From: Planctomycetota bacterium | GTDB taxonomy: Bacteria > Planctomycetota > UBA1135 | NCBI GenBank assembly: GCA_045047305.1 | Contig: JASFYO010000007.1 | Span: 1-64,000, forward strand | Direction: 5' to 3' | DNA: 64,000 nucleotides | Part shown: positions 8,918 to 16,765 of the stretch, one piece after another | Layout of the letters: each line of letters opens with the position of its first letter | How positions within the stretch are numbered: the first letter of the stretch is position 1 | Notes under the pieces: generated by a model | Told to the model about the DNA's origin: nothing | The model's database searches: none | What the model saw: the letters and a program-made list of their open reading frames with translations, nothing else | Translations under genes and position numbers: made by a program

Positions 8918-11173
8918 ATGCCGCAAATCGAATCTACCGCAGAACTCGTCTCCAACACCTATCAGTCCATGCGCGAACGTCTTGCGATCGTGCAAGAGCG
9001 GGAGAACAAGCCTTTCACTTTGGCGGAGAAAATTATTCTTGGTCACCTCGATGACGCAAAGGGCCAACAACTTGAACGCGGCTCGGCCTACCTCATGCTG
9101 CGCCCTGACCGCGTGGCGCTGCAAGATGCCACCGCTCAAATGGCGCTGCTGCAATTCATGATGGCCGGCAAGGATGAAGCCGCCGTCCCCACCACCGTGC
9201 ACTGCGATCACTTGATTCGTGCATACAAGGGTGCCGATTCCGACCTCGCGGTTGCGAACGATGAGAACAAAGAGGTTTACGATTTCCTCAGCAACGTTTC
9301 CGAAAAGTACAACTTAGGGTTCTGGAAACCCGGCGCCGGCATCATTCACCAAACTGTGCTTGAGAACTATGCATTCCCTGGCGGGCTCATGGTTGGCACC
9401 GATTCACACACCCCCAATGCTGGCGGCTTGGGCATGTGCGCGATTGGAGTCGGTGGAGCAGACGCGGTCGACGTCATGGCTGGCTTTGCATGGGAACTTT
9501 TACAGCCACAGGTTGTCGGCGTAAAGCTGACCGGCAAGCTGAACGGTTGGACCGCACCGAAGGATGTCATCCTCAAACTGCTTGGTATGCTCACGGTGAA
9601 GGGCGGAACCAACCGCATCATTGAATACTTCGGCGAAGGCACCCAATCTCTTAGCTGCACTGGCAAAGCAACCATCTGCAACATGGGTGCGGAACTTGGC
9701 GCCACTTGCTCGGTATTCCCGTATGACTCGCGTATGGGCGATTTCTTACGTGCGACCAGCCGCACAGATCTTGCGCAGCTAGCCGATGCAAACGTAGACC
9801 TACTTACCGCCGACGAAGGCGCCATCTACGACGAGGTTTACGAAATCAACCTCGACACTCTAGAGCCGCACTTAGTTGGACCGCACACTCCAGACCTCGC
9901 CCATGCTGTTTCCGACATGACTGCAGACGCCGAGAGGGAAGGTTATCCGTTGAAAGTCAGTGCGGCGCTAATTGGTTCTTGCACCAACTCCAGTTATGAA
10001 GACATGTGCCGCGTGGTCGACATTGCCGATCAAGCTATCGCGAAGGGCACCAAGCTCGCCACCTCCCTCATGATTAGTCCTGGATCCGAACAGGTTTACG
10101 CAACCATTAAGCGCGACGGACAACTTGGTGTGCTCGAAGGGGCTGGTGCAACCGTACTCACCAACGCATGTGGCCCTTGCATCGGACAATGGCAACGCGA
10201 AGACATGGAGCCTGGTGTTGCGAACAGCATTGTCACTTCCTTTAACCGCAACTTCCGCGGCCGCAACGATGCCAACCCAGATACGCTTGGCTTCATCGGC
10301 AGCCCAGAAATGGTGATGGTGTGCGCTCTCAGTGGCCGTTTAGATTTCAATCCACTCACCGATGAACTCCTCGACGCCGACGGAAACGCCTACAAGCTCA
10401 ACCCACCCGCACTAGCGCCAGACATTCCTGCGAATGGATTCGAGCTGCGTCGTGATGGCTATCAGGCACCAAATCCAGCGGTCGGCGATGCAGAAATCGT
10501 AGTTGCGCCTGACAGTGAACGCCTGCAACTGCTCACCCCGTTCAAACCTCTCCCTCTCGAGGCTTACAGCGACATGCCACTGCTCTTGAAAACTAAGGGC
10601 AAAACCACCACCGACCATATCTCCCCTGCAGGCAAGTGGTTAAAGTTCCGAGGCCATCTCGATAACATCTCGAACAACATGTTCACTGGTGCCACCAATG
10701 CCTTTAACGAGGGTATTGGAACCACCAAGAATCCGGTGACGGGAGCCGCCGTACAGCCTGTCCCGGCTGTGGCGCGCGACCTGAAAGCGGATGGCCAGTC
10801 TTGGGTTGTGGTCGGCGATGAGAACTATGGCGAGGGAAGTTCTCGCGAACACGCAGCCATGTGTCCACGTCTTCTTGGTGCCGCTGCAATCATTGTGCGC
10901 GGATTTGCTAGAATCCATGAGACCAACCTGAAGAAACAAGGTGTTCTTGCCTTTACCTTTATCGATACCTCCGATTGGAATAAGGTGCAAGAAGACGACA
11001 GGGTTGGGCTTGAGGGTCTAGAAAATCTAGCTCCAGGCTCTGCGGTCACTGCAGTGTTCCGGCATGCCGATGGCAGCGAGGATCGTTGCGCATTGCATCA
11101 CACACTTAACGCCGAGCAAATCGTGTGGTGGAAAGCAGGCTCGGCATTGAATTCCCTCAGAGTACAAGCATAA
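8918..11173 (+). CDS. acnA: aconitate hydratase (mitochondrial-type)
   Basis: QDATAQMA, HCDH, DSHTPNAGG, IGSCTNSSYED, NACGPCIGQW, GSSREHAA. Confidence 0.95.
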   Translation: MPQIESTAELVSNTYQSMRERLAIVQERENKPFTLAEKIILGHLDDAKGQQLERGSAYLMLRPDRVALQDATAQMALLQFMMAGKDEAAVPTTVHCDHLIRAYKGADSDLAVANDENKEVYDFLSNVSEKYNLGFWKPGAGIIHQTVLENYAFPGGLMVGTDSHTPNAGGLGMCAIGVGGADAVDVMAGFAWELLQPQVVGVKLTGKLNGWTAPKDVILKLLGMLTVKGGTNRIIEYFGEGTQSLSCTGKATICNMGAELGATCSVFPYDSRMGDFLRATSRTDLAQLADANVDLLTADEGAIYDEVYEINLDTLEPHLVGPHTPDLAHAVSDMTADAEREGYPLKVSAALIGSCTNSSYEDMCRVVDIADQAIAKGTKLATSLMISPGSEQVYATIKRDGQLGVLEGAGATVLTNACGPCIGQWQREDMEPGVANSIVTSFNRNFRGRNDANPDTLGFIGSPEMVMVCALSGRLDFNPLTDELLDADGNAYKLNPPALAPDIPANGFELRRDGYQAPNPAVGDAEIVVAPDSERLQLLTPFKPLPLEAYSDMPLLLKTKGKTTTDHISPAGKWLKFRGHLDNISNNMFTGATNAFNEGIGTTKNPVTGAAVQPVPAVARDLKADGQSWVVVGDENYGEGSSREHAAMCPRLLGAAAIIVRGFARIHETNLKKQGVLAFTFIDTSDWNKVQEDDRVGLEGLENLAPGSAVTAVFRHADGSEDRCALHHTLNAEQIVWWKAGSALNSLRVQA

Positions 11174-11179
11174 ACCTCG

Positions 11180-11782
11180 ATGCAAACATTTTCTAATCCC
11201 GTCATGAACCGTGAAGAAACTTGGTCCGAAGAGAACTGCTCTTCTACTTTAAAAAGACTCCGTAACGATTACCCGAATTACACCGACAATGAGCACTACG
11301 CCATTTGGTGTCATGAACAAGGTTTAATCCCTTCTGATCACACTGGCAAGGTGCTCATGGAAGAGTGGCAACTACACGCGTCGCATGATGGTCGCCACGC
11401 CTTGCCGGAAGGATTTAAAGTTTCGCGGCCTCTTTACGGTCGCGCGCTGAAAGCGGAAAAAGGTGTCGCCAAGCCCTCTTACAAGCGGCGCACCAAGGTG
11501 GAAATGGAGAAGACCGGCTCCCAGCCATCGACCAGCTACCGCGGTTCTGGAATTTCCCGTGCAGGCTTAAGTGACCAAGCCATGGCTTTAGCTTTGCGCT
11601 TTGATGAGGCCCGTCGCCGCATCGATGAAGCACGTGATGCCTTCCGTCAGCTCGAAATGCTTCGCATGCGGATGGAGGACTTTGGTCCTGCACTTCTGCA
11701 TGAGCTTTCGCGCACCGACATGGAAGCGCATGAAATGTTGTCGCGCCTGGGTTTGCTAAGCGCAAACGGCCAGGAAGGCTAA
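11180..11782 (+). CDS. hypothetical protein
   Basis: 200-aa ATG ORF 6 bp after aconitase, followed by a hairpin; basic patch plus helical C-terminus. Confidence 0.7.
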   Translation: MQTFSNPVMNREETWSEENCSSTLKRLRNDYPNYTDNEHYAIWCHEQGLIPSDHTGKVLMEEWQLHASHDGRHALPEGFKVSRPLYGRALKAEKGVAKPSYKRRTKVEMEKTGSQPSTSYRGSGISRAGLSDQAMALALRFDEARRRIDEARDAFRQLEMLRMRMEDFGPALLHELSRTDMEAHEMLSRLGLLSANGQEG

Positions 11783-11805
11783 GCGTCGCGTCACCAGAAA
11801 CTTAA

Positions 11806-11846
11806 CGCCGCAGGATTTGAATGTTTCCCATTCGACTCCTGCGGTG
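11806..11846. terminator. hairpin between convergent genes (possible bidirectional terminator)
   Basis: CGCCGCAGGA...GAATG-TTTCC-CATTC...TCCTGCGGTG inverted repeat; no clear U-tract. Confidence 0.55.
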
Positions 11847-11860
11847 AAGGCTACTGCTTT

Positions 11861-12835
11861 TTATGCCTTAGGCTTTGTGCCCATATAAATATTCCGAGCA
11901 TAAGGCCCTCTTTCATTGCTCGACGCAACAAAGGAGACTCCGTTGCCATCACGGAGATCAGCAAATTTTACATCGGAAAGGTCAGATTCATGGAAAAAGA
12001 AACGCTTGTTATCGCCTTCTCTCAGCAAAAACCCATATGGATGTTCAAGGTAGCAAACATGGCCTGACCAACGCATGACGTTTTCATCCCCCCCCTCCTT
12101 TTCCTTTTTGGCCGTAGGGGCAGAAGGAGCAATAAGCGCATCCTCCTCCGAGGCAGGAATCCATTTTCCCACGGCCTGACCGTCTAGACCTTCGATTCTA
12201 GGCAGGAAAAGCGCATCCAGAAGCGGCTCGGAGCCAGGAGCATGAGCATCAATCTCTTCGCTTAAAACAACCGGGTAACTCGCTTCTTCGAGTAAATGAA
12301 AGGAACAACGCGTGGCCAAGACTTCGCCGTCCGCGCCGGTCGCTTGCAAATTGAAGCCCAGAACCATGACGCGAGTACCGAATCCGTGGAGCTTCCTCAC
12401 AAGGGGAATAAAATCTCCGTCCCCAGCAAACAATACGATTACATCAAGACTCTGCGTGGTGGCCATTTTGTAAGCATCAAGCGCTAAGAGAACATCAATG
12501 CCGCGCTCCTTACCTTTACTGGTTGGCCGATAATGTGTTTCCACGCCGGCATAGAGAAGCCCATCGTCGAAAACTCTTTCCGCAAAGAGGAGGCTTCGGT
12601 CACGCGCATCCCGTGCGGGGAATCGACCTCGATAGTAATGCGATTCCACCACTCGACAACGCTTGAGCGACTCTTCTTCCAGCTGCGCTATCCGGTGCCG
12701 AACAAAGTCCTTCACTCCCTTTGCCGACATAAAGTTTCCGCCAGGATGGTGATGCCGATAATAGGTACTTACATGGGAAAAGTATCCCCCATCGATAAAC
12801 AAACCAATCCTTGTTACTTTTGAAGCCTTCTGCAT
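11861..12835 (-). CDS. NYN (LabA/DUF88) domain protein with C-terminal cold-shock domain
   Basis: FIDGGY, KERGIDVLLALD, AGDGDFIPL (NYN); YGFL...FFFHESDL...V.F...ERGPYA (CSD RNP1/RNP2). Confidence 0.85.
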   Translation of the reverse strand: MQKASKVTRIGLFIDGGYFSHVSTYYRHHHPGGNFMSAKGVKDFVRHRIAQLEEESLKRCRVVESHYYRGRFPARDARDRSLLFAERVFDDGLLYAGVETHYRPTSKGKERGIDVLLALDAYKMATTQSLDVIVLFAGDGDFIPLVRKLHGFGTRVMVLGFNLQATGADGEVLATRCSFHLLEEASYPVVLSEEIDAHAPGSEPLLDALFLPRIEGLDGQAVGKWIPASEEDALIAPSAPTAKKEKEGGDENVMRWSGHVCYLEHPYGFLLREGDNKRFFFHESDLSDVKFADLRDGNGVSFVASSNERGPYARNIYMGTKPKA

Positions 12836-13156
12836 GATTCCTTCATTATGGCGTAGTGCTGCCCAGGCGACAATGGTCAAACAAGCAACCATGCTCTTTC
12901 GCGGGAGATTGAGAGCTTCATCGTTCCATGTCTATTAGCTATTATTTTCATTTGCAAAAGGGGAAGTTTTTTTGATCCAGGGTTTTAAAACCCCTGGCTG
13001 CTTAAACTTGGATTTGAGTTCCATTTCCCAAAATCTACCCTCAACATGCGCGCTTTTCTCCTGTGCACCTTTATCCTTTTTTCAGCATCGAGCCTGCAGA
13101 CGCAAAGGACCAGTGCTGCGGTCGTCAGCGTGTTCAAGGGTGGCTAAAATCTCCTC

Positions 13157-13909
13157 ATGCGCACACACAAGCCAACGGTCGTCATCACTGGAGCTGGAAG
13201 TGGTATCGGTCGCGCCACGGCAGAAGCTTTCGCTGCCGACGGCTGGGACTTATTGCTCATCGGCCGTCGGATCGAAAAATTGCAGGAAACCTGTGCCGGC
13301 TTGAGTGATCCCGGCTGCGCAACCACTACCGCACTAGATGTTGCGGAACCTGGAGCCATGCAACAGGCCGTCGAGGAATTTGCCGCAGCAAAAGGCGGCA
13401 TCCAGGCGCTCGTGGCCAATGCCGGTATCAATCCGCAGCGCGCCAATGCCATCGACACCACCGACGAATTCTGGGATGAAACCCTGCGCGTGAACCTCAC
13501 CGGAGCCCACCGCAGTTGCCAAGCGGTACTCCCGTATATGCAGAAGGCGCAAGCGGGTGCCATCGTCACCCTCGGTAGCATTGCGGGGCAGGTCGGCATG
13601 GTGGATCGCGCTGCTTATGGTCCGAGCAAGGCGGCGGTCATCGAGTACACGCGCAACCTCGCGCTCGATTTCGGCGCTGATCATATACGCGCCAACTGCG
13701 TCTGCCCCGGCTTCGTCATCACCGACATCAATCGCGATTGGCTCGAAGCACTACCCGAGGCAACCCATGCACAACTCATCGGCAAGCATCCGCTCGGCCT
13801 TGGTGCCCCCAAAGATGTAGCCGCCGCGATTCTGTTCCTGTGTCAGCCGCAATCGCGCTGGATTACTGGCGTCGACCTTTCTGTCGATGGTGGCTATACC
13901 GCTCAATAG
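13157..13909 (+). CDS. SDR family NAD(P)-dependent oxidoreductase
   Basis: TGAGSGIG, NAG, YGPSK, VDGG. Confidence 0.95.
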   Translation: MRTHKPTVVITGAGSGIGRATAEAFAADGWDLLLIGRRIEKLQETCAGLSDPGCATTTALDVAEPGAMQQAVEEFAAAKGGIQALVANAGINPQRANAIDTTDEFWDETLRVNLTGAHRSCQAVLPYMQKAQAGAIVTLGSIAGQVGMVDRAAYGPSKAAVIEYTRNLALDFGADHIRANCVCPGFVITDINRDWLEALPEATHAQLIGKHPLGLGAPKDVAAAILFLCQPQSRWITGVDLSVDGGYTAQ

Positions 13910-13933
13910 GTCGGTGCCGGTACAATCTTGCCC

Positions 13934-14929
13934 ATGACTGACCTCGACCGCATTCTCGAAGTTGCCCAGGAAGCCGGGCGCCAAGCCGCCCATCTGTGCC
14001 GCGCTGTCCATGCCGACACGCCCGAATCGATGGACAAGGGGGATAAGTCGCCAGTCACGATTGCGGATTATGGTTCGCAGGCCGTTATTTTGCGCCTGAT
14101 TGGGGAGGCATTCCCAGACCACGGCGTGATTTCTGAAGAGGGTAGTGAGCATCTTCGCGAAAGCGCAGGTGACGACGGCATCAAAAAGATTGTTGGTTTG
14201 GTGAATGACCGCATCGGTGGTGGCGCTGATTTTGATCAGGTCTGTAACTGGATCGATCACGCAGGCGTCGAAGGTGCAGAGTACACCTGGGCCATCGACC
14301 CCATCGATGGAACCAAGGGGTTTTTGCGCCGTCAGCAATACGCAGTCGCGATTGGCTTGATGAAAAACGGAGTGCCCTTCGCCGGCGTTTTGGTTTGCCC
14401 CAACCTGCCGATCGATTTAGACCAAGCAGACGGTCAAAAAGGTGTCATGTTTGTCGCAGCTAAAGGGCGTGGCGCGTTCAGTGTGGCGATTGATGGCGGC
14501 GAGAGCGAGCAGATTCACGTCAGCACCAACGCCGACCCAAGTACTTGGCGCGTGCTGGGCAGCGTGGAATCGGCACACGGCGATCCAAGCCTAGTGATTG
14601 CGATGATGGAAGAGGCGGGCGTAGGTGGCGGCTTTGTGCGCTACGACTCGCAAGTCAAATATGGGGTGGTCGCAAACGGATCCTCAGAGATCTACCTGCG
14701 CCCGCGATCGAAGCCCGACTACCGCGAGAACATTTGGGATCACGTCGCCGGTGTCATTGTGTGTGAAGAAGCAGGTGGCCGAGTGACCGATACCGACGGC
14801 AAAGACCTCGATTTCAGCCTAGGCAAACGCCTTCTCGAGAATCGCGGAATCCTAGCAACCTGCGGCGGAGTCGTGCATGAAGCGGTTGTTGCAGGTCTTG
14901 CAGCGGCCGAAAAGCGCACTTCTTCTTGA
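13934..14929 (+). CDS. 3'(2'),5'-bisphosphate nucleotidase (HAL2/SAL1-like, inositol monophosphatase family)
   Basis: DKSPVTIADYGSQ, WAIDPIDGTKGFLR, CPNLP, DSQVKY, ENIWDH. Confidence 0.9.
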   Translation: MTDLDRILEVAQEAGRQAAHLCRAVHADTPESMDKGDKSPVTIADYGSQAVILRLIGEAFPDHGVISEEGSEHLRESAGDDGIKKIVGLVNDRIGGGADFDQVCNWIDHAGVEGAEYTWAIDPIDGTKGFLRRQQYAVAIGLMKNGVPFAGVLVCPNLPIDLDQADGQKGVMFVAAKGRGAFSVAIDGGESEQIHVSTNADPSTWRVLGSVESAHGDPSLVIAMMEEAGVGGGFVRYDSQVKYGVVANGSSEIYLRPRSKPDYRENIWDHVAGVIVCEEAGGRVTDTDGKDLDFSLGKRLLENRGILATCGGVVHEAVVAGLAAAEKRTSS

Positions 14930-14939
14930 GCAGGATTTT

Positions 14940-14997
14940 GGAGACCCGTTAAGGTGGTGGAGAGCATCCCTAATGCTTTCCCGCCCCTAACGGCTCC
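14940..14997. other. long imperfect intergenic stem-loop
   Basis: CCGTTA/TAACGG and GGAGAGCAT/ATGCTTTCC arms around a CCCTA loop. Confidence 0.55.
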
Positions 14998-15002
14998 CAA
15001 CC

Positions 15003-16670
15003 GTGCTCCCTACAATTTCCATCATCGGTTTGACCCTCGGCACCGCACTTCAAGGTGGCGGCGAGGCCGAGGTCTTGCATCGCTTTGACGGTTCCGTTGC
15101 AAGTGAGCGCCTAGGAGAAGCCCTCTCTATTGGCGGCGATATCAACGCAGATGGCACCCCCGATATTTTGGTCGGCGCAGACTTTGCCGATGCTGCTGGC
15201 TTTGCCCGCGCTGGCCTAGTGATGGTTTATTCCGGGGTCGATAGCTCCTTGCTTTATCAATTCACCGGTAGCGCCGACTTTGAAAACTTCGGCACCGCGC
15301 TGGTCTCTATTGGCGACATCAACGGCGACGGCTTCGATGACATCCTAATTGGATCCCCCGGCGCTGATCCTGCACTGCTTTCTAGCGCAGGTGAAATCGA
15401 CATCTTCTCCGGCAGCGATGGCTCTTCCCTCCTTCATCTAGACGGCACCACGGCCAACGCGCTGTTCGGATCCGATGTCGCTGCTCTCGGCGATATCAAC
15501 GCAGACGGCATTCCAGATTACGCGGTTTCCGAAGTCGGACGCAATTCTGATGCCGGACGTGTTTATGTTTATTCGGGGCTCACAGCCAATGTTCTATTCC
15601 AAATCGATGGCAGTATCGGTGCAGCACTTGGTACTGCTATTAGCCCTGCTGGCGATATAGATGGCGATGGGACGCCCGACTTCCTCGTTGGCAGCCCTTT
15701 CGCAGATACCGGCGGACGCTCTGATAATGGCATCGTGCAGATTTTCTCCGGCCTCACGGGTGTGGAGATCTTGATTTTAGAGGGACCGTCCTCTCTCGAT
15801 TACTTTGGCTCCAGCGTTTCTGGCAATCAGTTTATCGATGCCGATACCACTCCAGAATTTATCATTGGAAGTCCAAACCGTGATCCTGGAGGTGCGCCAG
15901 GTGCTGGTTCCGCCACTGTTTTTGACGGCGCAACCACAAGTGTGCTCTATCAAGTGAATGGAATTGCTCTTGCCGACAACTTAGGTAACTCCGTGGCGCT
16001 CGCCGGCGACGTTAACGGCGACGGCTTTGGCGATTTCATCGTCGGCGCCCGCCTATTGGACGCAGGCGGCCTGTTTGATGCGGGATCCGTCTTCGTGTTC
16101 AGTGGATTAGATGGCTCCCTGCTTTTACGTGTCGACGGCAGCAACACCCAAGACAACCTTGGTGACACGGTGGTCGGTGGAGTCGACATCAACGGCGACG
16201 GCTTTGCCGAAATTGCCTATTCCGCCCCCTTCGATGATTCTACTGCAGTTCTCTCCGGTGCCGTAGAAGTTCAGCGCCTAGTGCCAATTCTCGATATCAG
16301 CCAAGAAACGGTTTCCGATGCGGTGGGAGGCGTGATTACATTCAACCTCGATTTCCCATTGACCCAAGCCGGTTCCAATTATGTGCTTCTTGCCTCCGCG
16401 GCAGGCAAAGGTCCCACTTTTGTCGCCGGCATCAGTATTCCCCTGACCATCGATGTCATCTTCAATCTCATGCTTGCCGGCGGGCCACCTTTGTTCTCTG
16501 GAAGCAGCGGCATGCTAGATGCCGCAGGTGATGCAAGCTCTATCCTCACCCTCGCACCAGGCAATGCTGCAAGCCTGGTAGGACTAAAGTTGGAGTTTGC
16601 CGCAGTGAGTCATCTTGCTGGTGTCCCAGCCGCCGCGTCAAACGCGCGCCAGCTAGTGATTCTTCCTTAA
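15003..16670 (+). CDS. secreted FG-GAP/integrin-alpha-like beta-propeller protein with C-terminal domain
   Basis: Signal-like N-terminus; about 7 repeats of FG...GD(I/V)N(G/A)DG.PD.(L/I)VG. Confidence 0.9.
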   Translation: MLPTISIIGLTLGTALQGGGEAEVLHRFDGSVASERLGEALSIGGDINADGTPDILVGADFADAAGFARAGLVMVYSGVDSSLLYQFTGSADFENFGTALVSIGDINGDGFDDILIGSPGADPALLSSAGEIDIFSGSDGSSLLHLDGTTANALFGSDVAALGDINADGIPDYAVSEVGRNSDAGRVYVYSGLTANVLFQIDGSIGAALGTAISPAGDIDGDGTPDFLVGSPFADTGGRSDNGIVQIFSGLTGVEILILEGPSSLDYFGSSVSGNQFIDADTTPEFIIGSPNRDPGGAPGAGSATVFDGATTSVLYQVNGIALADNLGNSVALAGDVNGDGFGDFIVGARLLDAGGLFDAGSVFVFSGLDGSLLLRVDGSNTQDNLGDTVVGGVDINGDGFAEIAYSAPFDDSTAVLSGAVEVQRLVPILDISQETVSDAVGGVITFNLDFPLTQAGSNYVLLASAAGKGPTFVAGISIPLTIDVIFNLMLAGGPPLFSGSSGMLDAAGDASSILTLAPGNAASLVGLKLEFAAVSHLAGVPAAASNARQLVILP

Positions 16671-16765
16671 GGAAGCTCCATATCCCCCGCCACCCCCGCT
16701 GCGGCCGCGACCGAAATCGTACAGATTCAGAGCATTTCAGCGTCAACGTGGCACAATAGGTAACC

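Noticed and set aside
15003..16280. CRISPR-like or non-coding repeat array
   Set aside because: The recurring GGCGA(T/C)ATCAACG sequences are codons of FG-GAP protein repeats, not repeat-spacer units
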